Source: Candidatus Bathyarchaeia archaeon (GTDB lineage: Archaea > Thermoproteota > Bathyarchaeia > Bathyarchaeales > Bathycorpusculaceae). From it: DNA of 15,554 nucleotides. The notes beneath the pieces are model-generated. The model did not search any database, was not told where the DNA came from, and saw only the letters and a list, made by a program, of their open reading frames with translations. The stretch covers positions 1 through 15,554 of the forward strand of contig JBBFKZ010000028.1 of NCBI GenBank assembly GCA_037481775.1, in the 5' to 3' direction. Position 1 is the stretch's first letter; each line of letters opens with the position of its first letter. Below, piece after piece: positions 8,337 through 15,554 of the stretch. A program made the position numbers and the translations under genes.

Positions 8337-9218
8337 TTAGAAACTGGCCTTGTTGAAACCATAAAACCAAGCTATCATTTTTAATGTGAAGTGAATGGGC
8401 AGTAAGAGCATTTTTTTAGATTTTGTTATTTTATAACCTTGCACTACATACATTAGGGAGAGAATGAAGCTTGCTATTGGATTTATTTTGTAAAGAGAAA
8501 ACAACTGTCTATTTTTTAAAAGCAGCTTGCGGCTGTAAGCCCCCCGACTTACATATCTACGCCACAGTACGCTCCAAGACCCGAGGCCACCATGCTTTTC
8601 ATAAAACACTGCAGTCCCATTCACAATTAACCAACCTCTATCCTTGATTCTTTTAGCAATATCTATATCCTCACCCAAAGTATCGACACTTTCATCAAAC
8701 CCACCAACCTCTCTTGCAGCAGAAACTCGATAAATGGCGCCACCTGTACCAGGAAGTTTTGCGGACGAATTGAAATTTACATAAGCATATTCTATAATAT
8801 TAGGAACAAGATCAAGGGCGAGAACAAGATTATCATCATGTGAAAAGCCAAGTCTTGCCACACCAATACCCGCTTTAGGATTTTGTTCCATTAAATTGAA
8901 CTGTTTGCGAACAAAGTCCTTTTCGAGTATTTCGTCGCTATCTACCCATAAAACATACTCGCCGGCTGCATTGTTTAAAACGATATTTCTTGCCTTCCCA
9001 ATTCCACTCCAAGGTATAGGAAAAAAATTTGCAAGCACGTCGCTTTTTGCAATCATACGCTGTGCTATTCTTAGAGTATCGTCGGTGCTACCGTCATCTA
9101 CGAATATTATCTCAAGTTGATCATGCGGAAAATCTTGGGCTATGACACTTTCAATAGCGTGCTTTATTATTGCTGCAGAATTTCTTGCGCATATTCCAAT
9201 GGTCACTTTTGGTTTCAT
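8337..9218 (-). CDS. Glycosyltransferase family 2
   Basis: MKPKVTIGICARN, FVDDGSTD, ARN, WVDSD, VGGFDE, GEDIDI. The likely start is ATG 9218 (or TTG 9221); the longer ORF-track start overlaps the PIG-L gene by 104 nt. Confidence 0.93.
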   Translation of the reverse strand: MKPKVTIGICARNSAAIIKHAIESVIAQDFPHDQLEIIFVDDGSTDDTLRIAQRMIAKSDVLANFFPIPWSGIGKARNIVLNNAAGEYVLWVDSDEILEKDFVRKQFNLMEQNPKAGIGVARLGFSHDDNLVLALDLVPNIIEYAYVNFNSSAKLPGTGGAIYRVSAAREVGGFDESVDTLGEDIDIAKRIKDRGWLIVNGTAVFYEKHGGLGSWSVLWRRYVSRGAYSRKLLLKNRQLFSLYKINPIASFILSLMYVVQGYKITKSKKMLLLPIHFTLKMIAWFYGFNKASF

Positions 9219-9279
9219 CAAAATCACAATGTTTAATTTGAGACCGCGGTTACCAATTGCAAATACCACAAGCGAGCAA

Positions 9280-9954
9280 TTATGTAAAGAACATCTCCCG
9301 GTTTTTAAGAAAACGCGAAACGTCAGTAATAACAGGTCGTTCCTGCCTGTCTGAAATAATGCCGATTTGGCTTTTATATTCATTGATTATCTCACGTTTC
9401 TTTTGAATAAAGCCAGACACGTCTACATAAAATACGTTGTGCAATATTGGATTTAAAACGCGGGCTAATAAAGGAGATAAGCGAGAGAACTTGGTAGCTA
9501 TAGAATACTTGAAATGTAAAATTGTCTTGTTTATTTCCCTAATGCAATAAGCAATTATCTCACTTGTAGCGGCATGATCGATATTGACATCTCTTTCATA
9601 AGGGAAGTATACTTCAGTTGGCTCTAACCTTTTTAGTAGGAGAAGCGCTTCCTTTCTGAGGCGCTCCTTATGGTAACATACTTTGCCATCTTCAAAATTA
9701 AAGAATATCAAATTTTCGCTGTGCACACCTAACACTTTTGCCGCCGCGTAAGCTTCATTGATTCTCATTGCCTTTAACTCTGCAGGAGATGGATTGAAAG
9801 ATATACCAAATATGTCTGAAAGCGCATTTTCTCCACAAGTAACAAAGACTATGAAAATTTCCCAACCTTCGCTAATGCGTTTAGAGAGTGTCCCGCCGCA
9901 ACCAAGGGCTTCATCATCAGGATGAGGAGCAAATACAACAAGTTTTTTTTCCAA
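9280..9954 (-). CDS. PIG-L/LmbE family N-acetylhexosamine deacetylase
   Basis: VFAPHPDDEALGCGG, VTCGE, RINEA, NIDH, YKSQ. GGTGG upstream of the TTG start. Confidence 0.92.
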   Translation of the reverse strand: MEKKLVVFAPHPDDEALGCGGTLSKRISEGWEIFIVFVTCGENALSDIFGISFNPSPAELKAMRINEAYAAAKVLGVHSENLIFFNFEDGKVCYHKERLRKEALLLLKRLEPTEVYFPYERDVNIDHAATSEIIAYCIREINKTILHFKYSIATKFSRLSPLLARVLNPILHNVFYVDVSGFIQKKREIINEYKSQIGIISDRQERPVITDVSRFLKNREMFFT

Positions 9955-9994
9955 TACGTCTATCCACCATATTAAGTTGCAATAAGCACCAAAT

Positions 9995-10726
9995 TTAACC
10001 AGAACTTGAGCAAAAAAGATCTGGAGAAGTGGATAAATGTAATTTGAAAATAATGTCGCGTATTTTAGGAGGCAATTTGATGCAAGGTATTAAACGCAGA
10101 ATCCTTTTCAAGTTATTTTCATAATCTTTTGTATTTCCAGTGATGAAGCAAAATCGAAAACCAATAATCTTGACAACAATAACCGTGCCCATTTCGTGAA
10201 AACCAACCTTTAAGTAAAGGTTAATTGCGCGCTTGTTTTTTACGTAAACAGAAAGATAGAATCTTTTCACATCTTGGGAACAAAACGTAGGAATGGAAGC
10301 AAGCAGTTTTTTTCCAATACCTTGATTTCTAAAAGTTGAAATTACATATATCCCATATATGTATAAGGAACTTTGATCAAAATATAAGGGTACGTCGAAT
10401 ATTGGAGGAAGAACCAGACCACTACCAAAAAAAGAACAAGATGCTAAAGAACCATGAATTATTCCAACTATGCCTCTATTGCAATTTTTAGGCTCTAAAC
10501 GTTTATGGAACTTTAAGATCTCTGGGATATCACCGTTTTCAATGCACCGAATAACCAAATCCTTAATTGAAACAATCCTCGATGAAGAACCAAGACTATT
10601 TCTAGTTAGCCAATAATATGGGGTAATTTGAATAGTATTATATTTATAGGCGTAGTGTGCAAGCATTGAAATCAGTTTGAAAGCTAAGTTGGTAAACGCC
10701 GCAGATTTATGGGAGATACTTGCCAA
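9995..10726 (-). CDS. GNAT family N-acyltransferase
   Basis: YIYGIYVISTFRNQGIGKKLL (acetyl-CoA-binding motif A) and NKRAINLYLKVGF (motif B). Overlaps the upstream ATP-grasp gene by 20 nt. Confidence 0.85.
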   Translation of the reverse strand: MASISHKSAAFTNLAFKLISMLAHYAYKYNTIQITPYYWLTRNSLGSSSRIVSIKDLVIRCIENGDIPEILKFHKRLEPKNCNRGIVGIIHGSLASCSFFGSGLVLPPIFDVPLYFDQSSLYIYGIYVISTFRNQGIGKKLLASIPTFCSQDVKRFYLSVYVKNKRAINLYLKVGFHEMGTVIVVKIIGFRFCFITGNTKDYENNLKRILRLIPCIKLPPKIRDIIFKLHLSTSPDLFCSSSG

Positions 10727-11930
10727 AAGCCATCCCTAACTTGTTCCATATTTTTTGCATAAAGGCCAAGGCATATGAGGGACAGACAAAAAATGGAGTA
10801 GCAATAAATGGCAAAAGGTCTTTGACGTTGAAATATGCGAAATCCTTCACGTTGCTATATGAGAATAGCCAATCAAAAAGCCCAAGCTCACCATTATGAA
10901 ACAGGGTAATTGCAGAACAAATATCATTAAAAAAATGAACCCATTTAAGACCAGCCCGGTAATTTTTATTGAAAGGAACTTTTAAGCCAACTGAGTCCAA
11001 GAAAGCAATTAAGACTAAATTTAGACCACATGCGGTTGGAAAAAAATTTTGCCACCAAGGGCGCGCATTAATTTCGATAAGCTTAAAAACATCATCCCGC
11101 GCATCACGTTTAAATTCTGCTTCAAACAAGCCATAATACTTAATTTTCCTAAGATAATCCAATAGGGAGCATGTAACACCTTCAACTTGTTTAATTGGAA
11201 TACTCTCAATTAAGCTATTGCAGCCAAAATCAAGTGGCCATCCTCGAATTCGGCGATAAGCAAAAAGCCCCTTCAGCTGATGATCTTTATCGATGTACCC
11301 AGCCAATCCGTAAACATTAGACTGCGGTCCTGGAACAACTTCTTGCAAAACCACAGATATACGATATTTCCTCACTTGTGCAATATAAGTTTTGAGCTCA
11401 AAATAATTCTCTGCTACAAAACTTTTTACATTAAACATCCAAAAATTTTGAGTAATAGTAGGTTTTATTAAAACAGGATAAGTTAAATCACGTGCAACCA
11501 TATCGACTTGATCCAAAGCTACGATGAGGGTAGCTGGATGTGCCAATTGTGAATTAACGAGAGACTTAGCAAATAACGCTTTATCAACTAGTGTCTTAAC
11601 AGAGCGAGGGTTAGAGGAACACAAATACTTTTTATCTAGATAATCACAAATATTGGATATTGCAAGGCAAAACAGATCAGAAGCGGGAAAAATAATTATT
11701 TGACCCGAAACTTGAGCTGCAAACGTTGATAGGAAAGATTGCAAAATTTTAAGATCATGCTCAATCTGCGGAATTACAAAATATTTTGAACAATATCGAG
11801 AAAAAGCAACTTCATTTAAAGTTTCACCAACACAATAAACCTTCACTCCATAGATCCCCAAATTCCGGCAAATTCCCAATGCAGTAACCGCGGAACCCCC
11901 GAGAACTAGCGCGCAATAAGAAGATCTCAC
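10707..11930 (-). CDS. ATP-grasp carboxylate-amine ligase (D-aspartate-ligase-like)
   Basis: ALGICRNLG, FSRY, FPASD, DK, YPVLIKP, LQEVVPG, FEAEFKRDARD, LIEINAR. GAGGT SD upstream of the GTG start. Confidence 0.88.
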   Translation of the reverse strand: MRSSYCALVLGGSAVTALGICRNLGIYGVKVYCVGETLNEVAFSRYCSKYFVIPQIEHDLKILQSFLSTFAAQVSGQIIIFPASDLFCLAISNICDYLDKKYLCSSNPRSVKTLVDKALFAKSLVNSQLAHPATLIVALDQVDMVARDLTYPVLIKPTITQNFWMFNVKSFVAENYFELKTYIAQVRKYRISVVLQEVVPGPQSNVYGLAGYIDKDHQLKGLFAYRRIRGWPLDFGCNSLIESIPIKQVEGVTCSLLDYLRKIKYYGLFEAEFKRDARDDVFKLIEINARPWWQNFFPTACGLNLVLIAFLDSVGLKVPFNKNYRAGLKWVHFFNDICSAITLFHNGELGLFDWLFSYSNVKDFAYFNVKDLLPFIATPFFVCPSYALAFMQKIWNKLGMAFGKYLP

Positions 11931-11990
11931 TAGCCAAACCTCGATTTATACTATAGTTTAGTGCATAACTGAAACTGAATTATCAAAAAT

Positions 11991-13214
11991 TTAGGTGTAC
12001 ACATGGGATTTGACAAAACTTTTCAAAATTCTTACTCGCGCATTTATTACAGCTTGTGTAACCTTGTTAGGTAAGTAGCTGGCCGCTGTTCCGGGTCGAT
12101 CTTCATATTTATAAATTTCCACTTTGGAAAACTGTATTTGAGTAATCACAGATAAAGACTTCTTAAAATCGGCATCAGTTTCTCCGGGAAATCCAACCAT
12201 AACATGTGTTTCAATGTATAGATCAGGAAAAGTCCTTCTCAAATTAAGCAGACACCTTTTCACCTCGTTTATTTTATAATTCCTTTTCATTAATTTAAGA
12301 ACACGATCACTCCCTGACTGTAAAGGAATTACAACGCCTTCAAGTTTTTCGCGATTTGCCTTAAAGATAGATAGCAACTCCGGATAATACTTAACAAACC
12401 AGTGCGGATTAAGATCTGCTAAACGTATTTGGTACCGGCCATTTATTTCAAAAAGTTTCTTTAATAACATAGGCAAATTTGTTCCTATATCAACTCCGTA
12501 GCAACCTATGTCACCGCCAAATACTAAAAAGTCAGTATAACCTTTTTTCAGACCTTCTTTGAAATTTTCCAATATTTGACTTTCAGGTAAACTATGAAAC
12601 TTTTCCATAGCGAGTTTAATCGCGCAATAGCTACAGTTATTGAGGCACCCTCTGGAAATTTCAAGCCTATACCATTTTTTATTTGGTGTGTTGTTCGCGG
12701 ATAATAACTTGTTAAAGACAAAGTATAGGGTTTTAGGAAAATTATCTTTGGATTTGATGCATCGCTTGATTCTTTGCGGAAAACTGCCATGATAGAGATC
12801 ATGAACACCTTCGATGGTTCCTGAATGCGCAATAGTTGAATAAGGCACCTTTGCCTCAATCAACGAATCCAACTTATCTAAATCAGCAGTATGTATTACT
12901 AATATATCATTGTAAGCTTTAAGCGCATCAGGTCTAATTTTTGTTAAGCAACCAGTAACTACAAGTTTAGCCGACTCTGACTTTACTTTCAAAGCATGCT
13001 CTATCGTTAAAAGAGAAAACTCTTCGTGTAACGCAAAACCGCCACATGTGGCGACAAAAATGAAAGCGGCTTTTTGTGGATCAGAAACAGGTTTCAATCC
13101 ATTAGCTACAAGATATCTATAAAGTCTTGTAGAATCCAAACTGCGCCGAGGGCAGTGAATCTTACAATAAATATAGAAAGTTTTTACATCATTTTGCTTC
13201 AACCACATCACCAC
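11991..13214 (-). CDS. Radical SAM protein, methylthiotransferase (MiaB/RimO/MtaB)-like, apparently lacking the TRAM domain
   Basis: UPF0004-type N-domain cysteines C21 (HCPRRSLDS), C57 (VATCG) and C89 (VVTGC); CxxxCxxC at ISRGCLNNCSYC (C190/194/197); GDIGCYGVD, PLQSGSDRVLKLMKR, MVGFPGETDADF, YEDRPGTAA. The real start may be TTG 13202, after GGTGA. Confidence 0.9.
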   Translation of the reverse strand: MVMWLKQNDVKTFYIYCKIHCPRRSLDSTRLYRYLVANGLKPVSDPQKAAFIFVATCGGFALHEEFSLLTIEHALKVKSESAKLVVTGCLTKIRPDALKAYNDILVIHTADLDKLDSLIEAKVPYSTIAHSGTIEGVHDLYHGSFPQRIKRCIKSKDNFPKTLYFVFNKLLSANNTPNKKWYRLEISRGCLNNCSYCAIKLAMEKFHSLPESQILENFKEGLKKGYTDFLVFGGDIGCYGVDIGTNLPMLLKKLFEINGRYQIRLADLNPHWFVKYYPELLSIFKANREKLEGVVIPLQSGSDRVLKLMKRNYKINEVKRCLLNLRRTFPDLYIETHVMVGFPGETDADFKKSLSVITQIQFSKVEIYKYEDRPGTAASYLPNKVTQAVINARVRILKSFVKSHVYT

Positions 13215-13291
13215 TAATAATTTCAGGCAAATTAAGTTGATTTTTTAATCAGAAGTATAATAGAAAACATACCCAATGATAAAAACTTGCT

Positions 13292-14419
13292 CTAATCGCG
13301 CTGAAGTTTTGCGATTGAGTCAAGTAAAGCATCAACCACATACCGAGAGGTATCATAATCTATTCCCAAATGCATTGGCAAACACAAGACCCTTTTCAAT
13401 ACAGTCTCAGCAACAGGAAAAGCGCCCACCAGCTTAAAGTTTTCAATGTACCATGGATGGAGATGACATGGAGGATAATACAAACTGCCAGTTTCAATAC
13501 CATATTCACTTTTTAAAATAGACGCTAATTTATCTCGATTTATATTTTCGGCTAAACGCACAAGATATTTATAGTAACTATGCCGAATATTTGCAGGAGT
13601 TTTAAAGAGTGAAAGCTCGGAACTTTTACTCAGCAAAGTTTCATAAACTCGTGCAATTTCGTTGCGCAGCCGCACAAACTCTTCCAACATGGATAGTTGA
13701 TATTTTCCAATTATTGCAGTTATTTCGCTCATACACCAGTTATTTCCAAGAGACCTCATGCGTCTATCTGAATCAAGGCCATGATCTTGCATACTACGAG
13801 CAAAACGAGCTAAATCAGAGTCGTTGGTTGTTATCATGCCACCTTGCCCGGTTGTTATGACCTTTGTAGGATAAAATGAGAAAGCAGCACCATCAGCCAA
13901 GTTACCGGCCATTTCACCGTCGATCATCGCACCATGAGCATGGGCAGCATCCTCGATTAGAAATAGGTTATTATCTTGGCAGAAGCTACGTATCTCTTTA
14001 ATATCTGGGCAAATTAACCCGGCGATATGGACAGCTATTACACCCACGGTCTTTGAAGTTAGACACCGCCTTATATTCTCCAAATTTATGCACAAAGTAT
14101 CTTCAGAAATGTCGGCGAAAACTGGCCGGCCGCCTGAAAGTAAGACAGAATTAGGAGTTGCAACGAAAGTGTTTGTAGGCACAATAACATCTTTACCTTC
14201 TACATTAAAATATCTGAGCATAATTTCCAGAGCAGCACTTCCGGAACTTACAGCAATAGCATATTTGGCTTTCACGTATTGCGCGAACTGCGTCTCAAAA
14301 TCCTTAATATGTGGACCGTCAGTTAACACACCGCTTTTCAATGTTAACTTTATATCATTTAATATGTTACCTATGCTTTGATCATCGAAAAAAGGCGATG
14401 AGGAAAAAACTTTGGACAT
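13292..14419 (-). CDS. DegT/DnrJ/EryC1/StrS family PLP-dependent sugar aminotransferase
   Basis: AVSSGSAAL, VPTNTFVAT, IEDAAHAHG, FSFYPTKVITTGQGG (PLP lysine), LCLPMH. ATG 14419 is preferred as start. Confidence 0.95.
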   Translation of the reverse strand: MSKVFSSSPFFDDQSIGNILNDIKLTLKSGVLTDGPHIKDFETQFAQYVKAKYAIAVSSGSAALEIMLRYFNVEGKDVIVPTNTFVATPNSVLLSGGRPVFADISEDTLCINLENIRRCLTSKTVGVIAVHIAGLICPDIKEIRSFCQDNNLFLIEDAAHAHGAMIDGEMAGNLADGAAFSFYPTKVITTGQGGMITTNDSDLARFARSMQDHGLDSDRRMRSLGNNWCMSEITAIIGKYQLSMLEEFVRLRNEIARVYETLLSKSSELSLFKTPANIRHSYYKYLVRLAENINRDKLASILKSEYGIETGSLYYPPCHLHPWYIENFKLVGAFPVAETVLKRVLCLPMHLGIDYDTSRYVVDALLDSIAKLQRD

Positions 14420-14463
14420 TAAAACCACTTTATACCATAAATGTGACCAACGAAAAAATAAAT

Positions 14464-15180
14464 TTAAAGACCAAAATATGTGTTATTTGAATTCAAAAAC
14501 AGGTTAATTAGCTCATCTATACTATGCACGCTACGCTCTGCCTCATACTCTTCAGGCATCTTTACAAACTTGAATTCACCGATCAACAAACGTATGGTCC
14601 GCATTCCAAGTTTTTTTGCGCCCCAGAAATCAGTATGAGGATTGTCACCAACGCAAAGAGTCTCTTCAGCTTTGGTTCCAAGCAACTCAAGCGCTTTAAT
14701 ATACACTTGAGGATTTGGCTTTTCAAGCGACGCCGCTACCTCACGAGCGAATAGAATTACATCAAAATACTTTTCAAGTTTTAGTAGCTTAATTTTGTTT
14801 CTTTGAATCTCGACGCAGCCATTTGTTACTAAAGCCAACTTTACTCTTTTCTTTCTAAGCACGCGAAGCAGCTTTTTTATGCCAGGATACGTTCGAAGAT
14901 TGGGCGTTACTTGGGCGTATATTTTTAGTATCTCAGGCAGCAAAGCTACATCAAGATCTAGATCCAAAAGTACATCATTGAAAAGTCTTGGGTACATACT
15001 TGTCTTTTTATGTAGTTCATCAAGCAACTTCTTATAAATTACTTGCTCAGATAACCGACAAATAGAAGCAAGAAAACGGGCTATTTCGCAATAAGCGACA
15101 TCAACATAAGTTCGCTCATCGTAAAGAACATTATCAAGATCAAATATTACTGCCTTGATTCTGACCAAAATTGAACACAA
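14464..15180 (-). CDS. HAD-superfamily hydrolase (subfamily IA-like phosphatase)
   Basis: IFDLDNVLYD (motif I), LVTNG (II), EKPNP (III), VGDNPHTD (IV). The exact start is uncertain. Confidence 0.93.
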   Translation of the reverse strand: MCSILVRIKAVIFDLDNVLYDERTYVDVAYCEIARFLASICRLSEQVIYKKLLDELHKKTSMYPRLFNDVLLDLDLDVALLPEILKIYAQVTPNLRTYPGIKKLLRVLRKKRVKLALVTNGCVEIQRNKIKLLKLEKYFDVILFAREVAASLEKPNPQVYIKALELLGTKAEETLCVGDNPHTDFWGAKKLGMRTIRLLIGEFKFVKMPEEYEAERSVHSIDELINLFLNSNNTYFGL

Positions 15181-15186
15181 TCCAAG

Positions 15187-15554
15187 CTAAGCTAAGGTAT
15201 AGTATTCTTTGAAATATCGAATCATCATTACTCTGTCCTTGACAGCTATATGCGGAATTTCTTCTCCGAGAGCCATTTTCAACGCGTAATAAATCAAGTT
15301 AGCACCAGCAGCACTGCAAAAAGCGGTTGATGCAGCAATTCGCGGGTTAAAATCAAAAGGCAAAGGGGCACCCGTATCGTCACGCGCCATCTCTATGTTC
15401 ACAGTGTAATCAAAACCAAAAGCTTGACTAATTTTTGCAGTCATTTCTTCAATATACGGATCTTTTTTCACCAAACCGATGATCGTCTGACTGGGATTAC
15501 CGAGCACACGCAGTTTTGGCACGATTACCAGTGCTTTACCATTTTTTGCCAAGA
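15187..15554 (-). CDS. ATP-grasp domain protein, C-terminal part (truncated by the window edge)
   Basis: IVPKLR...VNIEM...FDFNPRIAAS...AGANL matches the ATP-grasp C-terminal E/D-x-N-P-R motif. The frame is open to the right edge. Confidence 0.8.
   Translation of the reverse strand, partial: LAKNGKALVIVPKLRVLGNPSQTIIGLVKKDPYIEEMTAKISQAFGFDYTVNIEMARDDTGAPLPFDFNPRIAASTAFCSAAGANLIYYALKMALGEEIPHIAVKDRVMMIRYFKEYYTLA

Noticed and set aside
9219-9383. 55-aa N-terminal extension of the GT2 in the ORF track
   Set aside because: It overlaps the PIG-L gene, and GT2 similarity to the paralog only starts at MKPKVTIG.
798-9950. Homopolymer runs (T8 798-805, A9 4443-4451, T8 8185-8192, T8 9943-9950) as phase-variation tracts
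   Set aside because: Runs of 8-9 A/T are expected in DNA this AT-rich, all host ORFs are in frame, and there are no long G/C tracts.
11991-13214. Naming the radical SAM gene miaB, rimO or mtaB
   Set aside because: The missing TRAM domain, altered N-terminal motif and glycan context argue against assigning an ortholog name.
1579-14754. Other short ORFs (1579-1950, 3224-3412, 3382-3588, 3473-3655, 3792-3974, 4537-4725, 5704-5922, 7282-7533, 7774-8061, 8896-9120, 9142-9354, 11021-11209, 11280-11471, 12548-12859, 13609-13860, 14088-14381, 14524-14754)
   Set aside because: All lie largely within or antisense to well-supported genes and have no motifs of their own.
1-15554. CRISPR array, tRNA/rRNA, transposase or integrase
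   Set aside because: No regularly spaced repeats, RNA-gene-like sequence or recombinase motifs were seen; nearly all the sequence is explained by protein-coding genes.

Overview
An AT-rich cell-surface glycan biosynthesis and modification locus, probably archaeal. The evidence is a DUF2206-like membrane protein, GGTGA/GAGGTG-type ribosome-binding sites, many TTG/GTG starts and TATA-like boxes; a Bathyarchaeia-like origin is my inference. A long minus-strand run reads from the right edge: ATP-grasp (partial), HAD hydrolase, DegT-type sugar aminotransferase, MiaB/RimO-like radical SAM protein, ATP-grasp carboxylate-amine ligase, GNAT, PIG-L deacetylase, three GT2s and a DUF2206-like polytopic protein. 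A secreted GH5 sits on the plus strand. The minus strand then resumes with DUF362, a Gfo/Idh/MocA dehydrogenase and a Wzx-like flippase carrying an in-frame TAA. The most interesting element is a methylthiotransferase-like radical SAM enzyme with all six Fe-S cysteines but apparently no TRAM domain. It lies between an aminosugar-forming enzyme and an amino-acid ligase, which suggests a possibly undescribed sulfur/methylthio modification of a glycan. No CRISPR array, RNA gene or mobile element was recognised. All family calls come from reading motifs by eye, not from database searches.
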